A stretch of 62,034 nt of DNA, counting the filler, from Candidatus Desantisbacteria bacterium CG1_02_49_89 (GTDB lineage Bacteria; Desantisbacteria; UBA1551): assembly GCA_001871075.1 (NCBI GenBank). It is 5 parts of 5 records of this genome, joined end to end, with 100 filler letters (N's around TTAATTAATTAA, not from the genome) between each part and the next. Parts side by side here need not be neighbours in the genome. Positions count along the whole stretch, not along the records: positions 15,359 to 29,954 come from MNUP01000088.1; positions 30,055 to 41,053 come from MNUP01000036.1; 3 more parts are not named here. One strand, 5' to 3'. Shown here one piece after another: positions 24,702 through 36,000 of the stretch (positions are counted from its first letter, which is position 1; each line of letters starts with the position of its first letter). The notes under the pieces were generated by a model. The model was given only the letters and a program-made list of their open reading frames with translations. It was not told the DNA's origin and made no database searches. Position numbers and translations under genes: made by a program.

Positions 24702-27437
24702 ATGATGAAAAAGATATTGATAATTTTCTTGTTAATATCGGCAGTTGTGGGGCTGCAGCATAATATCCTGGCACAGTCGGATTTCGATGCCTGGATAAAA
24801 GGCAACGACCTGCTTGATAAGAACAAGCCCAAGGAAGCCCTGGTATACCTTAAAAGAGCCGTTGATATCAAGCCCAATAGCGCGGATAACCAGTATTCGC
24901 TGGGGCTTTGTTATTTTACGCTGGAGGACTATGGGAAATCGCTTGAGCATTTTGAAAAAGCCGCAAGGATAGACCCGCGCGGGACGGACTACTACCTTGG
25001 CCAGTGCAGCTTGAAACTTGACAGGATAAGCGAGGCAAAGACCTACTTCAAACAGGGCCTTTCCAGGGAGGAGAAGCCTGAGCGGGTGAAGGAGATGGAG
25101 CAGCTCATCTCCAAAATAGACTCTTACAGGTCAGTGGTATCGCAGGCAATGGTCCACCTGGATGAGAAGAAATATGACCTGGCCAAGAAGGAATTCAGGC
25201 ACGCCCTGACCTACCTTAAGACCAAGGAGGCCGAAGACGGCCTGGCCAGTGCGGCCAAACTTGGGGCTGAGAAGAGCAAATGGCTGGTTATAATACTGAT
25301 CATTTCGGCCGTAGGTGCTGCCGGGACCGCGGTATTTTTCGTGATATTGATGCAGAAAAAGAAGAGGGAGTTCATTGAAAAGGTCCTTCCGAAAAAAATA
25401 AAGGCGGCGGTGCAGGCAAAGAATTTTACCGAGGCGGCGGCGTCCCTTAAAAAATTGCTGGATTCCGGGGGCAAAATAACGGTCTTAAGCCCTCTTGAAG
25501 CGCTTACGCTGTACAGGGGATTGAAAGAATTTGACAGACTTTTTGAAATGGAGTTCCCCACTAACTATTTCCAGCAGTTTGTCAGGGAGCTGATAAAACT
25601 CGGAGAGCTTGCGGACGCGCGCAGGATGTATGAAAAACACAAGGCCGCAGGCGGCAAAGCGCAGGATTTCTCGGCAGGCGATTTTATGAAGATGTTCGCC
25701 GGACTGAAAGCCCTTGACGACATGATGCAGGAGGGCGTGCCCAGCGCGTGGCTTATGGGGTACGCGGAAAAGTTTGCGGAGGAAGGCGACTATGAGAATG
25801 CCTTTAAGATGCTCAAGAATGGCACTGTTATTAAGGACCAGGATTTCTACAAGGGCGATCCTTCCTCCAAGGACGCGCCGGTGTATAAGATAGTCGGTAT
25901 TTATGAGCTCGCGGGCATGACCCCGGAAATACTGAAAATACTTTATGAGAACCCGGAAGGTTTCGCTTCATATTATTCCCAGATCGCGGAATTTATGCTC
26001 GAGAAACAAAAGTTCAGTGAAGCAGGCGACGTGCTGGATAAGAAAATAGCCTATCAGATCTCCTCCAAAAAAGACATACAGGATGTGGATTACAAATTGA
26101 TGTTCTCAATCTACGAAAAACTCGGCAGGCTTGACGAGATGCAGCCCACGAAAGTCCCTGAAAAATACAGGATGAAAATAATAGAGGCTAAGCAGCAGAA
26201 GGGCAAGTTCATGGAAGCACTTGACATGATGATGGAAAAACCCCGTTCCGAATGGAAGGAAAAGGAATTCGGGATCTGCCTGAAACTCTATGAAGGCCTT
26301 GACATGCACGACAACGTCTTCGATCTTTACAAGCAATTCCGCGAAAGGGTGAAGCTCCTGGAATCAAAAGATGTTTACTACGAATTCGCCACGTTCTTCG
26401 AGAAGGAAGGGAAGATCAGGGAAGCGGTGGCGATATATGAGGCGTTTGTAAATGAAAAGATACTATACAGGGACGTGGACGCGCGCCTCGCGAACCTCAG
26501 GAAATCACCTGCTGAAAGGATAACCGCTGTTTCGAAAGAACAGGTATCGGCGGTTACCGCAAAATCAATAGAGCAGGCAGCGCATGTTTCAGCCCCGGCA
26601 GGCGGAGTGGTTGAGATTACCGGAAAGATCGGCGAGATCGGGAAGGGCAGGTTCAGGGTGGGCAAGGAGATCGCGCGCAGTTTTACCGCCATGGTCTACG
26701 AGGGCCAGGGCACGCAGACGAACAGGAAATACGCCATAAAGAAAATGAGGTTTGAGATTGCCGATGACAAGAAGGGATTCGAGAAATTTCTGGCAGAGGC
26801 AAAAATCGTGTCGAAGTTCGACCACCCCAACATAGTGAGTCTTGTGGATGTCCTTATGGAAGGGCAGTCCTGCTTCCTTGTCTACGAATATGTGGACGGC
26901 TACACGCTTGACAAGATGATGAAGGGAAGGATGAAACTCGGGGAAACGTGGAGGATACTGGAATATGTCAGCAGCGCGGTATTTTACGCACACATTCACA
27001 ACGTGGTCCACGGCGACCTTAAGCCTTCCAATATACTGATACCGAAGGGGACCAAGGCGGACACAGATCCGGACGAGACCAAGGTAATGGATTTCGGGGT
27101 GTCTTATATTGCCAAGGACATACTGATGCTTGCCACGGGAGAGATGCCGGATAAGCCTGTTTACATGGCTCCGGAACAGCACCTGGGGTTCAACGACAGG
27201 CGCTCAGACATATTTTCTCTGGGAGTCATCCTGTACGAAATGCTTACCGGCAAAGTCCCGTTTGAAGGCCCGGATTACCTGCCGCAGAAGGAGAAGATGG
27301 CGTTCAAACCCGTAATTGACCTTGCGCCAGGCCTTCCTGACAGGATGGACAATGTTATGCAGAAGTGCCTGCAGGCAGATCCGTCGAAAAGATACGCAAC
27401 GATCGAAGATTTCATGGAAGAGATGAGGAAGGTGTAG
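24702..27437 (+). CDS. TPR-TM-Ser/Thr protein kinase
   Basis: Signal peptide, TPRs, TM, helical region, kinase motifs AIKK, HPNIV, HGDLKPSN, DFG, YMAPEQ, SDIFSLG. Confidence 0.9.
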   Translation: MMKKILIIFLLISAVVGLQHNILAQSDFDAWIKGNDLLDKNKPKEALVYLKRAVDIKPNSADNQYSLGLCYFTLEDYGKSLEHFEKAARIDPRGTDYYLGQCSLKLDRISEAKTYFKQGLSREEKPERVKEMEQLISKIDSYRSVVSQAMVHLDEKKYDLAKKEFRHALTYLKTKEAEDGLASAAKLGAEKSKWLVIILIISAVGAAGTAVFFVILMQKKKREFIEKVLPKKIKAAVQAKNFTEAAASLKKLLDSGGKITVLSPLEALTLYRGLKEFDRLFEMEFPTNYFQQFVRELIKLGELADARRMYEKHKAAGGKAQDFSAGDFMKMFAGLKALDDMMQEGVPSAWLMGYAEKFAEEGDYENAFKMLKNGTVIKDQDFYKGDPSSKDAPVYKIVGIYELAGMTPEILKILYENPEGFASYYSQIAEFMLEKQKFSEAGDVLDKKIAYQISSKKDIQDVDYKLMFSIYEKLGRLDEMQPTKVPEKYRMKIIEAKQQKGKFMEALDMMMEKPRSEWKEKEFGICLKLYEGLDMHDNVFDLYKQFRERVKLLESKDVYYEFATFFEKEGKIREAVAIYEAFVNEKILYRDVDARLANLRKSPAERITAVSKEQVSAVTAKSIEQAAHVSAPAGGVVEITGKIGEIGKGRFRVGKEIARSFTAMVYEGQGTQTNRKYAIKKMRFEIADDKKGFEKFLAEAKIVSKFDHPNIVSLVDVLMEGQSCFLVYEYVDGYTLDKMMKGRMKLGETWRILEYVSSAVFYAHIHNVVHGDLKPSNILIPKGTKADTDPDETKVMDFGVSYIAKDILMLATGEMPDKPVYMAPEQHLGFNDRRSDIFSLGVILYEMLTGKVPFEGPDYLPQKEKMAFKPVIDLAPGLPDRMDNVMQKCLQADPSKRYATIEDFMEEMRKV

Positions 27438-27440
27438 CAA

Positions 27441-28703
27441 ATGAAGATAATAAAAGTCAAAAGTCAAAAGGCTCCGCCCGTCTTTTCAGCGGGCGAGACC
27501 TCGCCCAATCGTATGGATTGGGCGGGAAATTGCAAATTGTCCCAAAGGGATCCCTTCGGGACAAAACTTAAAATCCTTGTTTTAATTTGCGTTGTTTTGT
27601 GCGTATGCGCGCAGGCGCCTGCGGTCGCGCAACTGAACACATTCAGGCACAGCGGTTGGGTGGAATCACTGGATTTCTCCCCGGATTCTAAATATATTAT
27701 TTCTGCGAGTAACGACAGGACCGCGAAGGTCTGGCGCGTGAGCGACGGCCAGCGCGTCGGTAACATAACCGGCCACATCGGACCTGTTTATTCGGCGGTT
27801 TATTCTCCGAATGGTTCTTTGATGGCAACCGGCGGATACGACAAAACGATCAAAATATGGAGCGCGGACAGCGGTCAGTGCCTGAAAAACATAAAGGCGC
27901 ACACCGCCTGGGTCCAGGCATTGAAATTTTCCCGTGACGGCAAGATGCTTGTTTCCGGAAGCGGGGACAAGACGGTGAAGGTGCGCAGGGCAAGCGACGG
28001 GGAAAATATAAAGTCATTCCATGGGCACCAGGCAAGCGTGTATTCGGTTGATTTTTCACCCGACGGCAAACTGGTTATTTCTTCGGGGGCGGACAGAACT
28101 ATAAAGGTATGGAAGATAAGCGATGGCTCCTGCGCAGCGACTCTTCAAGGCCACACGGGTAACGTTTATTCGGCGCAGTTTTCCCCGGACGGCAAGACTA
28201 TAGTTTCCGGAAGCGGGGACAAGACGATCAGGATCTGGCGCGCAAGCGACGGCTTGTGCCTGAAGACCCTGCCGGGGCATACAGGCAGCGTTTACTGCGT
28301 CAGCTGTTCGCCCGACGGTAAATATATAATTTCAGCAAGCGCGGATAAAACTGCCAGGATCTGGCGCACGGACACCGGTGAATGCGTAAAGACGGTACAG
28401 GGGCAGGCGGGGAAGGTTTACGCGGCGTGTTTCTCGCCTGATGGAAAATACCTTGCAACAGGCGGAGAGGACGAAATAGTAAGGGTGTGGAACACACCCT
28501 GGGCAGAAGAGGAGCGTGAAGCGCTTTTCCAGAAATATTATAATTCAGGTCTGAGATACCTTTCGTCCGCAGGCAGCAACCGGGATAACTATTTAAAGGC
28601 TATAGAGGAATTCAGAAGGGCACTGAACTACAAGGACAGCAGTGAGGTGAGGCAGAAGATTTCCAGGGCGCAGGAAGAATACAAGCGCAGCTTCAGAAGA
28701 TAA
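27441..28703 (+). CDS. Secreted WD40-repeat protein
   Basis: Seven GH...FSPDG...S.D.T..IW repeats after a signal-like segment. Confidence 0.92.
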   Translation: MKIIKVKSQKAPPVFSAGETSPNRMDWAGNCKLSQRDPFGTKLKILVLICVVLCVCAQAPAVAQLNTFRHSGWVESLDFSPDSKYIISASNDRTAKVWRVSDGQRVGNITGHIGPVYSAVYSPNGSLMATGGYDKTIKIWSADSGQCLKNIKAHTAWVQALKFSRDGKMLVSGSGDKTVKVRRASDGENIKSFHGHQASVYSVDFSPDGKLVISSGADRTIKVWKISDGSCAATLQGHTGNVYSAQFSPDGKTIVSGSGDKTIRIWRASDGLCLKTLPGHTGSVYCVSCSPDGKYIISASADKTARIWRTDTGECVKTVQGQAGKVYAACFSPDGKYLATGGEDEIVRVWNTPWAEEEREALFQKYYNSGLRYLSSAGSNRDNYLKAIEEFRRALNYKDSSEVRQKISRAQEEYKRSFRR

Positions 28704-28860
28704 ATCGTGTCAGAGTGTCAACGTGTCAACGTGTCAACGCAAATGCATAAGGATTTTTTATTTAAAGTTGTTGAACTGCTTAATTTTCAAGTAAGCTTAC
28801 AATAATTCCATGTTGTTGCGTTGACACGCTGATACGTTGATACGCTTTTGGAGGGTATTC

Positions 28861-29868
28861 GTGCAGGCGGTCGTTTTTGAAGCACCCGGTAAAATAAACA
28901 TTAAAGACATACCTGAGCCGCAGGCCGGAAAGGAAGATATTCTTGTAAAGGTAAAGGCCGCGGGGCTTTGCGGCACGGACCTGCACGTTTACAAAGGTGA
29001 TTTCATAGCCTCTTATCCCATAGTCCCGGGGCACGAGTTCAGCGGGGAGATAATCAGCGCCGGCGCTGACGTGGAAGGATTCAAGCCGGGGGACAGGGTG
29101 TGCGTGGACCCCTGTGTTTACTGCGGGAAATGCGATTTTTGTAAATCGGACCGGGAAAATTTCTGCAGGGATTTCCGGGCGTACGGCCTGCATTTCAACG
29201 GCGGTTTTGAAGAGCTTGTCTCGGTCAGCTACAGGAACGCCTACCAGATAGGGAGCCTTTCATTTGAGGAAGGCGCGATGATCGAGCCTCTTTCCTGCGC
29301 CATACACGGGATAAAGAGGATAGGCCTGCGGGCAGGCGATGAAGTCCTGATATTCGGCTGCGGCCCCATAGGCCTGATGCTGATGCAGGTGTGCAAAAAA
29401 AGCGGTGCGTCCAGGGTCATAATGGCGGATGTCTCGCGGAAGAAGCTCGAAACGGCCGAAAGGCTTGGAGCCGGCGCAGCGCTTTTGAATAACGGCGGTT
29501 TTGAAGCCGGTTTAAAGAAACTTTTTCCTTTCGGGGCGGACGTTGTAATAGATGCCACAGGTATTCCGCAGGTTGTGCAGAATATGTCCGCGCACGTGAA
29601 AGACGCGGGCAAGCTCCTTTTCTTCGGGGTCTGCCCGCCTGATTCCAGGATAAGCATAAATCCTTACGAGGTTTACAAGAGGGAGCTTACGATCTACGGA
29701 ACCTTCAGCCTACTCCACGATTTCCCGTCTGCCATCAAACTCCTACAATCCGGTTCGATCGACGTCAGGTCTCTTGCCTCCCACCAGTTCAGCCTCAGCG
29801 AGTTTATGCAGGGTTTCAACCTCATGCTGGAACACGGCGATTTCCTTAAGATCCTTATCAAACCATAA
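28861..29868 (+). CDS. Zn-dependent alcohol/polyol dehydrogenase
   Basis: LCGTD, PGHEF, CGKCDFC..C, GCGPIG; GTG start after GGAGG. Confidence 0.92.
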   Translation: MQAVVFEAPGKINIKDIPEPQAGKEDILVKVKAAGLCGTDLHVYKGDFIASYPIVPGHEFSGEIISAGADVEGFKPGDRVCVDPCVYCGKCDFCKSDRENFCRDFRAYGLHFNGGFEELVSVSYRNAYQIGSLSFEEGAMIEPLSCAIHGIKRIGLRAGDEVLIFGCGPIGLMLMQVCKKSGASRVIMADVSRKKLETAERLGAGAALLNNGGFEAGLKKLFPFGADVVIDATGIPQVVQNMSAHVKDAGKLLFFGVCPPDSRISINPYEVYKRELTIYGTFSLLHDFPSAIKLLQSGSIDVRSLASHQFSLSEFMQGFNLMLEHGDFLKILIKP

Positions 29869-30054
29869 AACAGATTGAGATTCAAATAAAAATATACCAC
29901 AGAGTGCACAGAGATTTGCGGGTATATTAAATTCAAATACAATGAAAGCTCCGTNNNNNNNNNNNNNNNNNNNNNNNNNNNNNNNNNNNNNNNNNNNNTT
30001 AATTAATTAANNNNNNNNNNNNNNNNNNNNNNNNNNNNNNNNNNNNNNNNNNNN

Positions 30055-33000
30055 GCTTCGCCCGGAAAGATCGTGTTGATAAGCCATCTTAATCCCTTAA
30101 CGTTTTCAATACCCGGTTGAATACCCCACGCCTGCCAGTTCGCATCGCTGTCCATGGCATATGCCCAGGAATCAGAACCTGACGCGGTTTCCATTGAAAT
30201 GAATTCCAGGGCTGAGAAATACAGGGTATCGAAAACAACCGTGTCGGTGATCACAACTCCGGACGCGCTCTCTGTGCCAGTGTTCAGGATCGTGATCCTG
30301 CACTCAATGATATCCCCGGGATTCACCGCTACCAGTCTGCCTGAAATATTCGTGCCGAGATTTTTCATTTCTTTTGTTACTTCAAGTACCGGCATGATCA
30401 CATAAAATTCAAAACTCGCTAACAGATCAAGCTCCGGCTGGTAAACCGTGATCAGCGGTATCCCTCCCTGTTTATCCCTGTAATAGAACGCCAGCTGCCC
30501 GGAGGTGAATGTGACAGTAGCCACATCGTTCCACGGAGTGTCGCTTATTGAGAACCTGCCGGTGGGGAAACTGGAGGTCAGAGAAACCACCTCATTGAAA
30601 TTCACGGCTGTTTCACTGCTAAGCCCCTGCGCGATCACTTTTATCTTCGGGGATATGCCGGCGTTTGAAACCCAGAAAATGTCAGTGGCAAACACGAGCT
30701 GCGCCGCAGTCACTGTTTCCTGCTGCGAGCCTGTTTCAAGGTCAGCCGAAGGTATCGACACCTTTATCACCGGGTTGTTCATAGCGTTGTCCCTGTAAAA
30801 GAAACCCGCGCTGCCGCCTGAAAGCTGGACTGAATTCACAGGCACCCAGGGAGTATAGTTTGCGGAGAACGAACCTGAATCAGAAGTCGTTGAAAGATCT
30901 ATTGCTGTATCAGGATACGTGGGGTCAGCCCCGCCCAAAGCCCCGCCTGCTGAAACGGTTATCTGCAACGAGATCGTTCCCACCTTCATCTTGACACCCG
31001 GGGTCAGAAACACCAGGTTTATGGCTGAGAAGCAGGGGCTTATCCTGGATTCATACAGTGCCTTAAGCTCTTCCTTATTAAGAGCGCGGGTGTAAACACC
31101 TGCCTCATCAATATAACCCGTGAAATAGGTTGAGTAGTCGTCAGGCGGGACCTGCCTTCCCCCTATGATAAGCGGTTCGTTGTTGGCTGAGATCGGGGCA
31201 GTGCCGGGCCTTGACGCTGCTTCAACATTGTTCACGTATATCTTCTTGTTCTTCCCGTCGAAAGTGGCAGCGACAAAAGACCACTGGTTGAGGGGCACGC
31301 TGCCCCCCATCGCGTAGTTCACCCACCCGTCCTGCGAGCTTATCAGGAACCTTACAACTCCGCCTGAATTAATGTCCATTTTGTAGGTGTTTTCCTTTGC
31401 CATGACGGTGCGCTCGTTAGGCCCGTACGCGGTGGGATAAACCCACGCGTAAAGCGAAAGCTCCCCTGCCGCGTCCAGGCTGGGAGCGTCCGCAACTATC
31501 ACATACTGGTTATTTGAGCCGTTGAACTGCAGGCAGGAATTTGTTTTTCCTGCCGCCTGCCATACAGGCAGGCTCGCGGAAAACTGCGCGTTGTTCCCGT
31601 TGCCTGAAATGTCCCGCGCGATCGCGCCAAGGTTTTCATCCATGCACCAGATGCCGGCTGCCCCTGATCTCTGTATGCCTCTTAAAACAGGCATGCCTCC
31701 GCAGAATACGGCAACCGTATCAAGGCCGGCGTATCCGGAACTTATAAGCCAGGTGCATTGCCCGTTCTCGTCAGTCGTTTGTGCGGACCCGGGAAGAATC
31801 ACATCAGAGTTCGCCCTTGCAGAAGCAAGGGTGACTTCCGCTCCCTGGACAGGATAGCCGAACGTGTCGTTTATCGTTATGGTCACTGTGCACGCGTTAT
31901 TCCCATCCGCCCGTATCCTAGAAGAACCCAGCGCGTATAAGGAATTCGCCAGGACTATTGATGGCGCGTAGATAGTGCCGGCGATTGTGTCAGCTGAAAG
32001 CTGAAAGTGTTACATTGCCAACAGAAGAATCTTTGTAATAGAAGGATCCGGCGCCGGCTGAAAGTGTGATATACGTTTCGTTCGTTGCACTCCACTGCAG
32101 CCTATCCGCGGAGAAACGGCCGTCCGCAGAACTGGAAGACAGGCCGCAGGTCCCGCCGAAATTCTCGTCCTTCATCCCGTAGGAATTGCGCGCTTCTATG
32201 TTTATGCCAGCGGATATCGCATTCGCCGGTATGCTGAATGAGGAAGGAAAAACGATCTCAACCTTTGTCGCTGCGGGCAGGAACATAACCGGGCAATTGC
32301 CAAGGAAGCTCGCAATCACCTCTGAATCCGTAAGCGCTGCCTGATAAACCTTCACCTCATCTATCAGCCCCTGGAAAGCAGATCCCGGGCCGAACCAGGA
32401 AGCGTCGTTGCCGAAGGAAAGCGACTCGGAATTTGTTATGTTGCCAAGCCCCTCGTTTGACGAACCCTGGGAAACTCCGTCAAGGAAGAACCTTATCTGC
32501 CCGGCGGACACGTCCCTTATTCCGGCAAGGTGATGCCACGCGCCGTTGTTAATGGTATTGCCTGAAGTTATGCCCACAACCCCTGAACTGCTGTTGTAAA
32601 CCTGGAACATCGCTTTTCCGATAGTTCCGGTATCAAACCCGCCCATCACAAATCCCCAGAATATACGGGGTGCTCCGGTGGTGTCTTTTCGCGCTATGAC
32701 CTTGTCACCTTCAAGCGGCACAGGCGCCTGCGAAGTTTTTACCCACGCTTCAACCGTAAGGCTTCCTGTGTCCGGGTTAAGGCTGTCCGCGTTCGGCACA
32801 GCCACGATGTCGTTTGTCCCGTCATATTGTAAACAGTTATTAAACCTGCCGAAAGCCCAGGAAGGCCCGTTCAGGAGCTTGCCGTTGTTGGATCTTCCTG
32901 ACTGGTCCTTTGCCGTAAGGCCTGAGCCGTCCTCGAATTTCCACAGGCCTGAAATACCCTTTCTCACTCCTCTGCTTATAGTCCTGCCCTGAGCCTGGGC

Positions 33001-36000
33001 TGTCAGGATAGTTACGCCGTCATAAACGGATCTCAGGGTCCATGTCGCCTGCCCATTAGAATCAGTTAGTTGGTTTGTTGGTTGGATAGTATCAGAATTA
33101 CCTCTTGAGGAACTAATCGTGACCAAGACCCCGTCTATCGGGGAGCCGAACGTGTCATTGACATTCACAGTGACAGTGCAGGCTGCAAGTCCGTCCGCGC
33201 TTATCCTGAACGCGCTGTAAGCAATGAAACAGTTCGTTTCAAGCACAGACGGTTCCAGAATTGATTCGCTTTGCGAATCAGCTGAAAGCCCAATGCGGGA
33301 TGCTGAAAGTATAGGAGCGCCGGCAACAGAATCTTTGTAATAGAACATCCCTGAGCCCGCGCTCAGCCATATAGAAGTGTTATTCGCTGTGTTCCACTGC
33401 AGCCCGTCAGTAGAGAACCTGCCTGTTAGGGAACTTGAAGCCAGGGCAACAGTTTCGTTGAAAACCGGGTATTTATTCCCTGTGGTATCCCTGATCTCCA
33501 GGATTATTTCAGGGGACGGGTTGTTACGCGCTACGCTGAAAGGCGCGGACGTTATCTTAACCCTTTCAGGGACGCCGGTGAAAATGACATTCGCGATCGA
33601 CCTGTAAGAAGCCCTTATTTCCTCAGGGCTCAGCGCCCTGGTGTAGATCCTCAGCTCATCGATCAAACCCCTGAACAGCGAGGTATCAATCTGTTTTCCG
33701 ATTAACACGGGATTCATGCTTGTCAGCAGAGTCCCGGAATGCGAAAACTCCGCGTCCTGTTCACCGTTCACGTAGATGAAGAATTTCTGCCCGTCATACG
33801 TGAACGCCACGTGATACCACTGGCCTGCTGAAAGCGCCTGGTTCCCGTCGTCAACTCCGCTCACCCCGCCGTAAACCTGGGAAACGCAGAGCCTGTGGTT
33901 GGACTGCCTTACGAAGAACCGCATCACGTTGAAATCCGTTTTGCTGATTATTTCGTTGTGCCAGTCAGCTGTGTCAGCAAAAGCGTCCATATAGATCCAC
34001 GCCTCAACTGTTATGTTCCCCGTTATTCGCAGATCCGGGCTGTCCGGGACGGTTGCATAATCGTTAGCCCCGTCAAATTTCAGGCCTGTGCCGAACTTTC
34101 CCTGCGAATGGACCGCGCCGCTCAAAGAGCCGTTATGCATATTGCCGGAGATATCCGTGAAAGCCGTTCCAAGCTCGTCAAAACCCCATATCGCGGCAGC
34201 GTCTGATCTCTGCACAGCCCTTGTAATGGTACCTTCGGCTGAACAGGAAGCTGTAATTGTTTCCTGCCCCGGATAATTTGATTTCAGCGTGAAGGTTGCC
34301 TGGCCGTTAGAATCGGTTGGTTGGTTTGTTGGTTGGATAGTTGTAGAGTTACTTCTTGAAGCAGAAAGCGTGACTGTTTCTCCAGGGATCGGGATACCGC
34401 TGTCGCTGAGCACGCATACAACCACCGTGCATGCGGAAGCTCCGTCTCCCGGAACAAGATAAGAGTTAATAAGCATAAAAGAAGCGGTGTTACTCGGGGA
34501 TGGCGGCGGTATTATGTTCTCAGTTTGTGTATCTGCTATGAGCGATATGCGATAAGCTGTTATTACAGGCATGCCTGTGTCCGCGTCCATATAATAGAAA
34601 ACCCCTGTGCCTGAGCTGAATAAAATAAAGGTGTTGTTTGACGTGCTCCAGTTTATGCCGTCCGGAGAGAACCTGCCGTTTGCGGCTGAGCTTAACAGGT
34701 CGCAGGTCTCGCTGAAATCCTCGACCCTTTCGCCTGCAGGGTCCTGCGCCTCAAGCATTGCTGGCGTGGACGCGGTCCCTGCAACAGCGGTAAACGGGGA
34801 AGAAATGAATTTCAGGCCTGCGGCGCCCGGAACAAAGGTAACAACGCATTTTCCGAGGAAGCTTGCAATGACCTCTGTCTCTGCCAAAGCGGACTTATAC
34901 AGCCTGACCTCGTCGATCAGGCCCTGGAAAGAAGAAGCCGGGCCGAAAAAGGACGCGTCGTTGCCGAAACAAAGTGGTTCAGCGCCTGTCAGGTCACCGA
35001 AAGCCTCATCCCCGGTGTTTTGGAAGATCCCGTCAACGTACAATTTTATCTTTCCGGCGGCTATATCCCTTATGCCTGTTAAAAGGTGCCATTGCCCGTC
35101 GTTTATGGTCCCGGTTGAAAGCACCTGGTTATTGCCTATGCCGCTTTTATAAACCTGGAAATTCGCCCTGCCCAGCGTCGAAGTATCGTACCCTATCATG
35201 CCAAGGCCCCAGAAAACGCGCGGGTCCCCTGTCGTGTCCTTGCGCGCGATGATCTTGTCCCCCTCAAGCGGAGCCGGCGCCTGGGTGGTTTTCACCCACG
35301 CTTCAACAGTAATGCTGCCTGTACCAGGGTTAATGCTTTCAGCATCCGGAACAGCCGCGTAATCGTTTGTTTCATAATCAAGGCAGGAATTCAGCCTGCC
35401 CGGCGCCCAGGCCGGATCGTTGACAAGCGAAGCGTTATTTGACCTGCCCGACATATCCATTGCCCGCAAGCCGGCGCCTTCTTCAAACTTCCAGAACCCC
35501 GAGATATCTTTTCTCACGCCCTGCTCTATGAGTTTCCCGCCTTCGGCAATCACTGAAAGCGTGTCATCTCCGGTATAGATCGAGCCGAAGGTCCAGGTCG
35601 CCTGCCCGTTTACGTCAGTCGTCTGCGCGGGCCCTGGGCTTATAACATCAGAATCCGCCCTTGCGGAAGCAAGGGTAACTTCTATCCCCCCTACGGGATA
35701 GCCGAAGGTATCGTTGGTAACAACTATCACGCTGCATTTATTGGTAGCGCTTGCGCCTATCCTGTAAGAACCATACATTATGAAAGAGTTGGTTTCAACG
35801 ACTGCGGGCTCAAGTATTGATTCGCTCTGCGAATCAGCTGATAGCTGATAGCTCATAGCTGAAAGTTCAGGATTGCCCGCTAAAGAATCTTTGTAAAAGA
35901 ACGTGGCTGTGCCTGAGGAAAGAGTGATCGAGCTGTCGCTTGAAGCGCTCCACTGCAGCCGGTCTATCGAGAACCTGCCGTTCTCTGAATCTGAAGACAG

